Below are positions 25,928 through 39,447 of a stretch of DNA of 64,000 bases, in pieces. Source of the DNA: Squalus acanthias (lineage: Eukaryota). The notes under the pieces are model-generated. The model did not search any database and was not told the origin of the DNA. It was given only the letters and a program-made list of their open reading frames with translations. The position numbers and the translations under genes were made by a program. The stretch covers positions 38,812,001-38,876,000 of the forward strand of contig CM059430.1 of NCBI GenBank assembly GCA_030390025.1, read 5' to 3'. Position 1 is the stretch's first letter; each line of letters begins with the position of its first letter.

Positions 25928-26535
25928 CGTAGAATCATAGAATGGTTACAGCACGGAAGAAGGCCATTCGGCCCATCGAGCCCATGCTGGCTCTCTGCAA
26001 GAGCACCTCAGCTAGTCCCACTCCCCCGTCCTTTTCCCGTAGCCCTGCAAATTTTTTTCCTTCAGATACTTATCCAACTCCCTTTTGAAAGATAAGATTG
26101 AGTCTGCCTCTACCACCCTTTCAGGCAGTGCATTCCACATCTTAACCACTCGCTGCATTAAAAAGTTTTTTCTTACGTCGCCTTTGGTTCTTTTGCCAAT
26201 CACCTTAAATCTGTGTCCTCTGGTTCTCGACCCTTCTGCCAATGGGAACAGTTTCCCTCTATCTACTCTGTCCAGATCCCTCATGATTTTGAACACCTCT
26301 ATCAAATCTCCTCTCAATTTTCTCTGCTCCAAGGAGAACAACCCAGCTTCTCCAGTCTATCAACGTGACGGAAATTCCTCATTCCTGGAATCATTCTCGT
26401 AAATCTTTTCTGCACCTTCTCTAAGGCCTTCACATCCTTCCTAAAGTGTGGTGCCCAGAATTGGACACAGTACTCCAGTTGGGGCCGAACCAATGTTTTA
26501 TACAGGTTCATCATAATTTCCACATTTTTGTACTC
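25928..26535 (-). mobile_element. CR1 3' fragment inserted in the Harbinger
   Basis: [20 protein letters not shown] and RGDLIEVFKIM; direct flank tattt on both sides. Confidence 0.9.
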
Positions 26536-26632
26536 TATTTAAAGCAGTCTTGCACACAGCTCATTTGAAGGTTGGTAAAGGAGTGTGGAAGGATCATTGG
26601 AAAGGTTGGAGTTATTGTGCTAAGTGAAAAAT

Positions 26633-28450
26633 ATGAATACCCAAAGGCTGCACCCCGCTTTACAGATGCCTCGCTGCATATTCTGGTGGAGGCAGTAAGA
26701 GCACGCAGGGAGGTCCTCTTCCCAGTAGATGGACGCAAGAGACCTCCCCAAGAGACCAAAAGGGCCTGGCTGGAAATAGCAGAGGAGGTCAGCAGCAGGG
26801 AGGTCGTGAGGAGGACCTGGATCCAGTTCAGGAAATGTTTTAATGATCTGATGAGGTCAGGAAAGGTGAGTGCAATGCCACACTTACCTTCATCCTGATG
26901 TGCCTGTCACCACATCCTGATCACTCTGCCTTCTCAAGCCTACTCCTGCACATCATTCCTCACACCAACATAACTTCCAGGTCCACCCATCCCTCTCTCT
27001 CTATGTACATACTCACATCCCCATCTGACTAACCACCCCTGACACTCATCCTCATCCTAATACAATCATAGCAAGTAACATCACAGTAGGAGGCCATTTG
27101 GCATTCGCACCCCACTCCCTCATAGTCACCCTCTACAGATGTAACCCATCCATTCCTTACACTCTCACTCAAACATCTCCTTCCCTCCTTTCAGGAGAAA
27201 AGAGCCCACAACAGCAGGGAGAGGGAGAGAACCGGAGGTGGCCCTCCAGTCTTCGCACACCTAACAGCAGCGGAGGAGAGGTCTCTGGAGATCTCGGGAG
27301 CTCAAGAGACACTGGCAGTGGGAGATGGAGAGAGGGGGACATCCCAGCAACCTGGTGACAGAATCACATCTCATAAAGCCACGTGGCATACAACAGTCAC
27401 TCATATGGTAACGGATATCAGCAGCCAGTGAAATGTCATCATGTACATAATGGTATCATTACCCATTCTTATTATAACACTTCTAATTCATCTCTTTACT
27501 CTCCCACAGGTCCATCAACTGCCCCCGCCCCCTGCCACTGTCCAGCCAGAGAGGGAAGATGACTCCTCAGAGGAACCTCCAATCTCTGAGGGTGCAGCGT
27601 CAACAGACCCAAGCTCACCCAGCACCAGCGCAGATATGCACACCTCGGTGGGTCCTTTGCGCCATAGAGTAGAGTTGTCACCTGGTGTCTCACAATTCAC
27701 AAGTGAGCAAGAGCAGGTGGTGTTGACAGCGACAGCAATGGAGATTCCTCGCCGGAGGGCACAGAACACTCCAAGCTCTGCTGAGATGCATGCAGACGCT
27801 GAGCCTCGGGGCCCATCCAGAAAGAGGGCGATCCTGGAGGGGCAGCAACAATTGCATGAGGCTGTGACATCTTTTGCAGTCGTGATGTCTGCAAATGTTC
27901 AGAGAATGGAGGAGTCCATGTCCAACATGAGCACCACCATGTCGCAGGCGATGGTGACGATGTGCTCTTCCATGGAAAGGATGCCACCTGCATGGAGCAG
28001 CAAATGCGCCAATCACATGAGCACATGCTTGCTGTGGACAACAGATGGTAGGCGCTTATAGACCTCCTCTCAAGGAGGGATGTAAACGTTGACTTGGGCC
28101 TTTATCGCCCCACTGCTGTGCTGCAAGGTGCTCGCCGGCTCCTTGCTAGCAGGGAAGTGCGGGTGGCCCATGAGAGGGATGATGGTGAGAGGGAACATGG
28201 AAGTAGGGGCTTTTCTCAAAGTGCTCCCACATCTCCTCTGTTGCCTCCCCCTCAGTCAGAGCCCCACATGCTTCCTCGGATCCCGATGGCCGAGTTTGCC
28301 CCTGCACAGTCACAGGAGGAGCAGACTTTGGCGGGGCCATCACAGGTTCCAAAACCCAGAGGACATCGCCAAAAGTGTCTAACGAGTCGCAGCAGGGAAA
28401 TGAGCAGCCTGCAACTACCTCTGCTGAAGCCACTCGGAAAAGAAAAATGA
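26633..28450 (+). pseudogene. Harbinger Myb/SANT-like DNA-binding protein; three exons (about 26633-26865, 27195-27354, 27510-28450)
   Basis: APRFTDASLHILVEAV..LFP..AWLEIAEEVS..RTWIQFRKCFNDL, AAG|gtgag donor, tttcag|EKRAHNSRERERTGGGPP, then a low-complexity third exon. Frameshifts present. Confidence 0.85.
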
Positions 28451-28689
28451 CACAAAAGTAGATGCACAAGGGTATGCACAGGGGTGTATCAAAAAATGTT
28501 AGTGTTAAGTTTCAGTTATTTTGATGACACACATAAATGGTTTTCTTTGCACCACTTTCGGCTTTTGTCCATTTTTGCCTCAAACCTTGGAAGTGTCTTT
28601 GACACTTGGAGTGAATGATGAGACATTATTTAACCTCGAGCATTGGGGCTTTGGGTGAGAGGAATGGTTTGGTCATTGTCGGGATGCTT

Positions 28690-29929
28690 TATGGTGTTGC
28701 TGGTGGGGGGAACTTAGTACAGTATGTGGCAGGCATATGGCTGCTTTGGAGCAAGTTAAGAAAATCTGGCCATGATGAGGCCTCCCGGGCAGCAATGTGC
28801 ACCCCTGCTGGTGCCATCTGCACCTCAGGTTCCACCTCCTCCCCGTCTTCCTCCTCCTTCTCCTCCTAGAAGAGGCTGTGTGCTCTGCGTCATGCTCCTC
28901 CTGCAGCTCCAATCCTCGCTGCTGCGCTATGTTGTGCAGCGCGCAGCAGGCGACGATGATTCTGGAGACCCTGGCTGGTGTATACCTATTGCTTCCTCTA
29001 TGACAAATCTGGTGGACATGTAGCTCTCATTATAATGCTCCTCAGCCTTAGTACTTGGCGTCCTCAGGGGTGTCATGAGCCACGTCTTCAGTGGATAGCC
29101 CTTGTCTTCAAGCAGCCAGCCGGTAAGTCTGTTTGGAGGTGCAAAGAGCTGAGGAAGGGTGGACTGGCGCAGCACGAAAGAGTCATGACAGCTGCCAGGG
29201 AATCTGGTGCACATGTGCATAATCATCTTTTTATGGTTGCAGACGAGCTGCACATTGAGGGAGTGGAAGCCTTTGCGGTTCACAAACACTCCTGGGTGAT
29301 GACAGGGTGCCTTTATGGCCACATGTGTGCAGTCGATCATGCCCTGCACCTGTGGAAAGTCAGCCAGAGCCGCAAAGCTAAGCGCCCGCTCAGTAACACT
29401 GGCTTCATCAGTGGCAAAGTTGATATAATTGGCTGACTTGTGAAACATAACATCAGTCACCTGGGTGATGCATCTGTGGGTGGCCGACTGCGAGATCCTG
29501 CAAATGTCTGTTGCAGATCCCTGGAAGGAGCCTGACCTGAGGCGAAGAAGTTGAGGGCAGTGGTGGCTTTGACAGCCATTGGTAAGGAGTATCTGCAGGA
29601 CCTCTTAGCAGTAGGTCTTGCTCCAGCAAGCTACAAATGTCTGCGACGGCCTGACACAATAGCCTGAGCCTCCTGAAGCACTGCTGCTCAGTAATGTTGA
29701 GGAAGCTCATCCTCTGCCTGTATACCCTGTGTTGGGGGCATCGCCTCCAGCGCACTGCAGCCCTGTGGTGCCATCCTCTCTCCTGTGGAGCATCAGGTCG
29801 TTGAGGAGAAGGCTGCTGTTGTGGTTGCTGCTGCTGCTGCTGCTGCTGCTGGTGTTGTGGCTGTTGGTGGTGGAGGTCATCTTGGTCCGATTGTGAGGAC
29901 CAAGATGAGACAGTATAAGCGGCACCCAT
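28690..29929 (-). pseudogene. Harbinger transposase (HARBI1-like), disrupted, with N-terminal polyQ
   Basis: [69 protein letters not shown] run at about 29815-29870. Confidence 0.9.
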
Positions 29930-30104
29930 GCTGATGTAGTAGATGGCAGGTAAAGTGGAGATGAGAGGGCCAATCCCTCAATGTGATAGTGAGTAGCAAT
30001 GTGGTGAGAGTGGCTTCCGAGGTTTCAAAAATGACCTGCAAGCTGCAGCCACTGAAATCTGTGGACAAAATGAAGTGAGCAAGACCCCACGAATTCTCAT
30101 GGCT

Positions 30105-32695
30105 TCAGGTCAAGTATGGGCAAGGAAACCTCCTGCTGATTACCATCGACCGCACTCCCTCAGCTGATGAATCAGTACCCCGCCATGTTGAACACATTGA
30201 GGGTAGCAAGGGCACAGAATATACCCTGGTTGGAGGGACTTCAATGTCCATCACCAAGAGTGGCTCGGTAGCACCACTACTGACCAAGCTGGCCAAATCC
30301 TGAAGGACATAGCTGCCAGACTGGGCCTGCGGCAGGTGGTGAGAGAACCAACACAAGAGAAAAACCTACTTGACCTCGTCCTCACCAATCTACCCGTCGC
30401 AGATGCATCTGTCCATGACAGCATTGGTAGCAGTGACCACCGAACAGTCCTTGTGGAGACGAAGTCCTGTTTTCACACTGAGGACACACTCCATCATGTT
30501 GTGTGGCACTACCACCGTGCTAAATGGGATAGATTCAGAACAGATCTTGCAGCTCAGAACTGGGCATCCATGAGACACTGTGGGTCATGAGCAGCAGTAG
30601 AATTGTATTCCACCACAATTTGTAACCTCATGGCCCGGCATATCCCTCACTCTACCATTAACATCAAGCCAGGGGACCAACCCTGGTTCAATGAAGAGTG
30701 TAGTAGAGCATGCCAGGAGCAGCACCAGGCATACCTAAAAATGAGGTGCCAACCTGGGGAAGCTGCAATACAGGACTACATGCATGCTAAACAGCAGAAG
30801 CAGCATGCTATGGACAGAGCTAAGCAATTCCACAACCAACAGATCAGATCAAAGCTCTGTAGTCCTGCCACATCCAGTCGTGAATGGTGGTGGACCATTA
30901 AACAATTGATGGGAGGAGGAGGCTCCATGAACATCCCCATCCTCAATGATGGAAGAGCCCAGCCCACGAGTGCAAAAGACAAGGTTGAAGCGTTTGCAAC
31001 CATCTTCAGCCAGAAGTGCTGAGTGGATGATCCATCTCGGCCTCCTCCTGAGGTCCCCACCATCACAGAAGCCAGTCTTCAGTCAATTCGATTCACTCCA
31101 CGTGATATCAAGAAACAACTGAGCGCATTGGCTACAGCAAAGGCTATGGGCCCTGTCAACATCCCAGCTATCGTGCTGAAGACTTGTGTTCCAGAACTAG
31201 CCGCGCCTCTAGCCAAGCTGTTCCAGTACAGCTACAACACTGGCATCTATCCGACAATGTGGGAAACTGCCCAGGTATGTCCTGTCCACAAAAAGCAGGA
31301 CAAATCCAATCTGGCCAATTACCGCCCCATCAGTCTACTCTCAATCATCAGCAAAGTGATGGAAGGTGTCATCGACAGTGCTATCAAGTGGCACTTACTC
31401 ACCAATAACCTGTTCACTGATGCCCAGTTTGGGTTCCGCCAGGACCACTTGGCTCCCGACCTCATTACAGCCTTGGTCCAATAATGGACAAAAGAGCTGA
31501 ATTCCAGAGGTGAGGTGAGAGTAACTGTTCTTGACATCAAGGTAGCATTTGACCGAGTGTGGCATCAAGGAGCCCTAGTAAAATTGAAGTCAATGGGAAT
31601 CAGGGGGAAAATTCTCCACTGGCTGGAGTCATACCTAGCACAAAGGAAGATGGTTGTGATTGTTGGAGGCCAATCATCACAACCCCAAGACATCACTGCA
31701 GGAGTTCCTCAGGGCAGTGTCCTTGGCCCAACCAGCTTCAGCTGCTTCATCAATGACCTTCCCTCCATCATAAGGTCAGATGTGGGGATGTTCGCTGATG
31801 ATTGCACAGTGTTCAGTTCCATTCGCAACTCCTCCGATAATAAAGCAGTCCATGCCCGCACGCAGCAAGACATGGACGACATTCAGGCTTGGGCTGATAA
31901 ATGGCAAGTAACATTCGCGCCACACAAGTGCCAGGCAATGTCTATATCCAACAAGCGAGCGTCTAACCACCGCCACTTGATATTCAACGGCATTACCATC
32001 ACCAAATCCCCCACCATCAACATCCTGGGGGTCACCATTGACCAGAAACGTAACTGGACCAGCAGCCACATAAATACTGTGGCTACAAGAGCAGGTCAGA
32101 GGCTGGGTACTCTGTGGCGAGTGTCTCACCTCCTGACTCCCCAAAGCCTTTCCACCATCTGCAAGGCGCAAGTCAGGAGTGTGATGGAATACTCTCCACT
32201 TGCCTGGATGAGTGCAGCTCCAACAACACTCAAGAAGCTCAACACCATCCAGGACAAAGTAGCCCACTTGATTGGCACCGCATCTACCACTTTAAACATT
32301 CACTCCCTCCACCACCGGTGCACCGTGGCTGCAGTGTATACCATCTGCAAGATGCACTGCAGCAACTCGCCAAGGCTTCTTCGGCAGCACCTCCCAAACC
32401 CGCGACCTCTACCACCTAGAAGGTCAAGGGCAGCAGGTGCATGGGAACACCTCACCTCCAAGTTCCCCTCCAAGTCACACACCATCCTGATTTGGAAATA
32501 TATCGCCGTTCCTTCATCGTTGCTGGGTCAAAATCCTGGAACTCCCTCCCTAATAGCTCTATGGGAGTACCTTTACCACAGGGACTGCAGCAGTTCAAGA
32601 ATGTGGCTCACCACCATCTTCTCAAGGGCAATTAGGGATGGGCAATAAATGCTGGCCTTGCCAACAACGCCCACATCCCTGCAATGGAAAAAAAA
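30105..32695 (+). mobile_element. 5'-truncated LINE family B (CR1/Jockey-group EN-RT) inserted in the Harbinger
   Basis: NLLDLVLTN..SDH (EN); NYRPISLLSIISKVME; [15 protein letters not shown] (RT); 3' end caattagggatgggcaataaatgc followed by an A-run. Confidence 0.9.
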
Positions 32696-33627
32696 GTATT
32701 TCCATGAGGCAAGTAATGAGCTGTAATGTTGCAGTACTTATGTGCTTTTCCCAGCTGTCAATGAATGAATTCGCCAATGGCCACTGAGCTTCCGCCTCCT
32801 CTTCACAGGCGAGGCACCCGACCTCCGTGAATCCCGCGCTCTTGCAGTAAACTCAGAAGCTGGAGTTGAAATCACTCTTAAGGGTCTGTAAACAAGAATA
32901 TAATGATTTCAATGAGGTCGCCCGCCTCTGTGGATTGGGTCCGTGTCATGCCTTCAAAGCCACCCGAGTTAAATGCTCGAGGCGGCGGGATGACGGCGGG
33001 TTTAGACGCGCTCGCTATTTCCAGCATTTTTACTGCCGACCCGCCACCAAACGCGCAGCAACGGGAAAATTCCAGCTATAGAGATGAATTACTAACCCTA
33101 CTTTATTTAACTACATCTGCAAAGGTACAGTCAGTAGCATCTATAGATGAAGTATTGGTGATTACAGTAAAGGTAAGTTGATTCTTAATATAAATTAATA
33201 GAATATAAATAATCAGAACTACAACAGTAACTTGCTTGTAAATTTCACTGTCATCATTAGCTGGATTTTGCTTAGTAACAGAAGATAAATATACATTGAT
33301 GTCCAAGATTACAGTACAGTCTTTGTGAGCTTGAAGTCAACATCTATATTTAACATTTCATTAGTAGGCTTCCAGTATTAAGGCTGTCCCTTGGTGATAT
33401 AAGCATAAAATCGTACAACCACTCCTTGATTAGTAAGCTGTCTATGGAGTTGCACAGTGCTGCTTTCCTTGGTGATGCTCTGGGGTCACTTCTGGAATGT
33501 GTCTATGGCAGGTCATTGGCTTTCTTCCTAATTTACCTAAACAAAATACTGTTAAGTTTTCTCGATTGAGGGTAAAACTGCACTTTTTCTCAGTGCACAG
33601 AAACTTACGCTATTGACACTTTACATT

Positions 33628-34354
33628 GGCCCAGAAATTGATCTCGCTCTGTTCCCGCGATCTCTCACTCCGCTTGTGCTTTTTCAGATCCAGCTCGCAC
33701 GAACTTGATGTTCCAGACATCAGCTGGGCAGTGCTTGCGTATCCCACCGGCGTAGTGAATTCGTGCGAGCTGTGGGATCACGTGACTCAGTTAGAGCCAA
33801 TGGCAGCACACCATCTTCCATTCATAAGTTTCACATACGTGCTGTGAAATCTATGAATCTTACACCCCCTCCAAAATAACAGCTAAACCTCAATTAAATT
33901 TTAAAAAAAAACCATCACATTAATAAAATAAGTATAGTTAAATAAATTAACCATTTTAAATAAAAAATTACATTTTTGAAAAAATTTAAAATCTTTTAAA
34001 AAGTTATAAAAATAAACTTACCTGTCTTTAAAGTCTCTAAAAAAGATATACCTGTTTAAAAAAAATTCAAAAAAATACTTAATTCACTACTTACCTTGTT
34101 AAAAGTGGGTCTTACTCCTCCTTTTTCCATTTCTAAAATCTTCCGTACTTACCTGCGCGTCCAAAGCATGAAGTGCACAGCGTGCGCGCAGCCTGTAGCG
34201 CACACGCGATGCACCGAGGAACCGCCCCCTTTTCAAAAGACCAAGTGCCGGTTTTCAGCGCATGCGCAGGGCATGCAGAAAACCGGCAATTGGAGAGAGA
34301 ATACGCGAGAGTACGCAGTGCGTACTCTCGCGCAGCGGGATCAATTTTTGGCCC
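33628..34354 (-). mobile_element. Second copy of the Harbinger MITE, inverted
   Basis: Reverse complement of 20919-21661 with a small deletion; TSD ATT on both sides. Confidence 0.92.
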
Positions 34355-34618
34355 ATTCTCTCTTGAGCCTTCTGATTTTCTTGAACCCTCTCTCAACCTT
34401 CTAAAAGCTTCCAGGACATTTATCTGAGAAAACCTTTAAAAAACCTCCATGGTGTAGATGAATGGAATCTGACCTTAAATATCTTTACTACCGTAAAGGG
34501 AATCTCACCAATCAAAGGCAAATTTGGTTATGTAGATCTCTTTCTAGAAAGAATTCTGTGCTGTTTGCCTAATGTAGAAGCATAAATGTGTTATACCTGT
34601 ACATCCAAAGACAAGACG

Positions 34619-34950
34619 GGGGCTTATTTCCACAGGGTTCTCCTGATTTACTTTGGTAGAAAGCCTGAAGAAATTGCATAAATGGCCATTTTTAGCTGTT
34701 ATGCCAGAGTTTCCTCCGATCTTCCCCCAAAGTTACAGGAGTAAATCGGGAGAAGCTCTGCAGAAATTCCAGGTGCTAAAAGAACAGGGGCTGTACATCC
34801 CAAGGAAGAATTTCCATTGGGGTTCTCTCAAACTCTCATCAGAACTTCAGCAGAAACCCGAGCGAAACACCATAAATCGCTGTTTTTAGCCATTTAAGCC
34901 ATTTCTCCAGGGGTTCTGCTGAAGTTACAGCAGGAGATTGGGAGAACTAT
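34619..34950. repeat. Two adjacent short imperfect-palindromic MITE-like elements
   Basis: atttccacagggttctcctgatttac..gtaaatcgggagaagctctgcagaaatt, and gttctctcaa..aacttcagcagaa..ttctgctgaagtt..ttgggagaac. Confidence 0.5.
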
Positions 34951-34954
34951 CGTG

Positions 34955-35248
34955 CACTGTCTGTGTGCTGCCTTTTGGATGACATGTTAAACTGAGGCCT
35001 GTTCAGTTGGGCATACAAGATCCCAAAGCACTATTCAAAGAAGAGTAGGGGACATCTCTTGATGTTCAGATATCCCTCACCAAAACCACTGAAACAGATT
35101 ATCTCGTCATTTACCTCATTGCTGTTATTTGCTGCATTTGTTTACATTACAACAGTGACTACATTTCAAAAGTACCTCAGTGGCTGTGAAATGCTTTGAG
35201 AGGTCCTGAAGACATGAAGGGGACTATGTAAATGCTCGTTCTTTATTT
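34955..35248 (+). mobile_element. Deu-domain SINE (SacSINE1/AmnSINE1-like) body and tail
   Basis: ggatgacatgttaaactgaggcc..gatcccaaagcactattcaaagaagag..cattacaacagtgactaca..L2-like tail. Confidence 0.7.
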
Positions 35249-35865
35249 GCTGCTATAAGGAAATCCAGGCTCACACTTCAAGTGATAATTAAGCTGAACA
35301 TTAACTGATTTCCTGTATATCAAATCTGCATTTTCAATGTGTAGACCTTCCATTCACATATAAGTATAATTTGTTGAGCTTTAAGACCATTAACCGATGT
35401 ACTGACTAAATTTGTGGTGAAATTATCAGTTTGAACACATTTTATCAAACAATGCAAAATCTGGTGCCTTTAGAAAATGTCTGTTTCCCTTACTGGTATC
35501 TACACTTGGGGAAAGAAGCACTGACCGTCAGTCAGTGCTTTGGCAGGATGCACATTAGACTATTTAATTTCAACCCAAAAAGGAAATTTGTTCAGTTTTA
35601 CAGTTTTGCTCAAAGGAAAAAGTACTTTTTTATTGAAAGTACACCTGTCATTTTATGGAAGAAAATATTAATTTCAGAATATTGGCCCTGTCTGCCCTCT
35701 CAGGTGGACAAAAGATCTCATGGCACTATTCAATATCCTGGCCATTATTTATCCCTCAATCAACATCACTGACAATAAAGTACAGTATCTGGTCATTATC
35801 ACATGGCTAATTGTGGGATCTTGCTGTGCGCAAATTGGCTGCCGCATTTCCTACATTACAACATT

Positions 35866-36187
35866 CTTCGACAGCACCTCCCAAATCTGCGACTTCTATT
35901 GACTAGAAGAACAAGGGCAGTAGGCACATGGGAACACCATCACCTGTGAATTCCGTTCCAAGTCACACACCATCCTGACTTGGAAATATATCGTTGTTCC
36001 TTCATCGTTGCTGGGTCAAAATCCTGGAACTCCCTACCGAACAGCACTGTGGGAGTACCTTCACCACATGGACTGCCACGGGTCAAGAAGGTGACTCACC
36101 ACCACCTACTCAAGGGAAATTAGGGATGGGCAATAAATGCTGGTCTTGCCAGCGACAACCACATTCCATGAATGAATAAACAAAGAA
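35866..36187 (+). mobile_element. LINE family B 3' fragment
   Basis: Matches about 32380-32690; acaaca on both flanks. Confidence 0.85.
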
Positions 36188-36239
36188 CAACAGTGACTAC
36201 ACTTCAAAAGTACTTAATTGACTGTAAAGCACTTTCATA

Positions 36240-36864
36240 TAATTATAGAATATACAGCACAGAAGGCCATTCCACCCATCATACCTGTGTTGGCTCTTTG
36301 GTAGAGCTATCTAATTAATCCTACTCCCCTGCTCTTTCCCCATAGCCTTGTAATTTTTTTTCCTTTCAAGTAGTCATCCAATTCTCTTTTGAATGTTACT
36401 ATTGGATCTGCTTCCACCACCCTTTCAGGCAGTGCATTCCAGATCACAACAACTTGCTCGAAGGAGAACAACCCCAGCTTCTCCAGTGTCTCCACATAAC
36501 TGAAGTCCCTCATCCCTGGTACCATTCTCATAAATCTCTTCTGTACCCTCTCCAAGGCCTTGACATCTTTCCTAAAGTGTGGTGCACAGATTTGAACACA
36601 ATACTCCAGCTGAGGCCTAACCAGTGTTTTATAAAGGTTAGTATAACTTCCGTGCCTTTGTATTCTATTCTTTTATTGATAAAGCCAAGGATCCCATATG
36701 CTTTTTTAACAGCCTTCTCAACTTGTCCTGCCACCTTCAAACATTTGTGTACTTACACCCCCAGGTCTCTCTGTCCCTGCACCCCCTTTAAAATTGTACG
36801 ATATAGTTCATATTACCTCTCCTCATTCTTCTGACCAAAATGCATCACTTCACACTTCTCAGCA
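36240..36864 (-). mobile_element. CR1 3' fragment
   Basis: KVAGQVEKAVKKAYGILGFI; ERVQKRFMRMVPGM; VIWNALPERVVEA. Confidence 0.88.
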
Positions 36865-37764
36865 TTCCTGATGTCATGAAAGAACATAAGAAATAGGAGC
36901 AGGAGCAGGGCATTCGGCCCCTCGAGCCTGCTCCGCCATTCAATAAGATCAGGGCGGATCTGGTCTTGGTCTCAACTCCGCTTACCTGCCTGCTCCCCAT
37001 AACCCTTGACTCCCCTGTAGTTCAAATATATGTTTATCTCCACCTTGAATATATTCAATAACTCAGCCTCCACAGCTCTCTGGGGTAGAGAATTCCAAAG
37101 ACTCTCGACCCTCTGAGAGAAGAAATTCCTCCTCATCTCCGTCTTAAATGGGCGACCCCTTATTCTGAAACTATGATTCCTAGTTCTAGATTCCCCCATG
37201 AGGGGAAACATCCTCTCAGCATCTACCCTGTCAAGCCCCCTCAGAATCTTATATGTTTCAATAAGATCACCTCTCATTCTTCTAAACTCCAATGAGTATA
37301 GGCCCAACCTGCTCAACCTTTCCTCATAAGACAACTCCTTCATCCCAGGAATCAACCTAGTGAACCTTCTCTGAACTGCCTCCAATGCAAGTATATCCCT
37401 CCTTAAATAAGGAGACCAAAACTGTACGCAGTACTCTAGGTGTGGTCTCACCAACGCACTGTACAATTGTAGCAAGACTTCCCTACTTTTATACTCTATC
37501 CCTCCTTGCAATAAAGGCCAACATTCCATTTGCCTTCCTAATTACTTGCTGTACCTGCATGCTAACTTTTTGTCTTTCATGTACAAGGACACCCAGATCC
37601 CTCTGTACCGCAGCATTCTGTAGTCTCTCTCTCCGTTTAAATAATATTTTTCTTTTCTATTCTTCCTACCAAAGTGGATAACTTCACATTTTCCCACATT
37701 ATACTCCATCTGCCAAATTCTTGCCCGCTCACGTAACCTATCTATATCCCTTTGCAGACTCTTT

Positions 37765-38612
37765 GGGCTGGATTTTCAATGACCCGTGGAGTCGGGTTTG
37801 GAGGCGGGGGGTTGTGGGGGGTTAAAGTTGCAGATTCGGGGGTCCCGACCCCATCCTGCCTCCAACCCGCCTCCATGCCAGTTTCTCTGGTGGCGGGTAC
37901 CCGACCTGTGCTGAGACCCGACTCCCCGAGGCGGGAAGGGATTAGTGACAATTAACTGCCTGTTAACAGGTAGTTAACAGCCAGTTTTTTGGATAATCCC
38001 TATTTTCATTGCTGAAATGTGGGCTTCCCGACAGGTGCCTACCATGCCAAGTTATCGGGGCAGACCGTGGGTCTGCAGGGGTTGGAGGGGTCGATATGTC
38101 CGGTGGGCAGGTGAGTGATGGGTGCATGTGTGCAGAGGTAAGTGTGTAAGGTAAGTGCTAAGTGTTGGAAAAAGTTTTACTTACCTTAACTTCCTCCTGC
38201 AGGTGTCAGCCCTTCAGTTCTCGGGAGTCAGAAATCTCAACGGCACAGAAAGCAGAAAAACCGTGGTCCTGTCAAAAACTGCAGCCTTCTGTTTTCTGTG
38301 GTGGAATGATTTCTAACTCAGCCTGAGAGGAAGAAATTAACTTAGAGGACAGATTGTCAGTGTTTGACAGCTTCACAGAGCTGTCAAACGCTGATATTTG
38401 ATCTGTCAAAAGCTCTTGACAGATGAAATGTCAATCTGTGACGTCACCTGTTGCCGGGTGGCTCTTAATTGGCCTGCTGAGCCCACTGGGCGGGCTCAAC
38501 AAGGTCAATCAAGGGAAAATACAGTGGGTTGGCCACATCTTGATGGAGGCGGGTTTATAGCCAGAATGTGTGATTCACGACACCAACCGACCTCAGTTTC
38601 AAAATCCAGCCC
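37765..38612. mobile_element. Non-autonomous Harbinger-type element (848 bp)
   Basis: TIRs gggctggattttc / aaaatccagccc with TSD TTT; interrupts the CR1 RT. Confidence 0.88.
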
Positions 38613-39447
38613 TTTGTATCCTCCTCACAACTTGCTTTCCCACCTATCTTTGTATTGTCAGCAAATTTGGCTACAGTACACTCGGTCCCTTCATCCAAGT
38701 CATTAATATAGATTGTAAATAGTTGAGGCCCCAGCACTGATCCCTGTGGCACCCCACTAGTTACAGTTTGCCAACCTGAAAATGACCCATTTATCCCGAC
38801 TCTGTTTTCTGTTAGTTAGCCAATCCTCTATCCAATCTAATATATTTTCCCCAATACCATGAGCTCTTATCTTATGCCGTAACCTTTTATGTGGCACCTT
38901 GTCGAATGCCTTTTAGAAATCCAAATACACTACATCTACTGGTTCCCCTTTATCCACCCTGTTCGTTACCTCCTCAAAGAACTCTAATAGATTTGTCAAA
39001 CATGATTTCCCTTTCATAAAACCATGTTGACTCTGCTTGATTGTATTATGATTTTCTAAATGTCTTGCTACTACTTCCTTAATAATGGATTCCAGCCTTT
39101 TCCCAATGACAGATGTTAGGCTAACTTGCCTATAGTTTTCTGCTTTCTGTCTCCCTCCTTTCTTGAATAGGGGCGTTACATTTGCGGTTTTCCAATCCGC
39201 TGGGACCTTTCCAGAATCTAGGGAATTTTGGAAGATTACAACCACTATCTCTGCAGCTACTTCTTTTAAGACCCTAGGATGCAGGCCATGAGGTCCAGGG
39301 GACTTCTCAGCCTTTAGTCCCATTAGTTTGGCTAGTATTTTTTCTCTAGTGATAGTGATTGTTTTAAGTTCCTCCCTCCCTTTTGCCCCTTGATTTTCCA
39401 TTATTATTGGGATGCTTTTAGTGTCTTCTACCGTGAAGACAGATACA

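Larger units (their letters stand above)
25726..33077. mobile_element. Full-length two-gene PIF/Harbinger transposon with two LINE insertions
   Basis: TIRs ggctggaattttccc / gggaaaattccagct with TSD ATA on both sides. Contains convergent Myb/SANT and transposase genes. Confidence 0.92.

Noticed and set aside
29453-29929. Host polyglutamine protein
   Set aside because: It lies within Harbinger TIRs and continues into the transposase.
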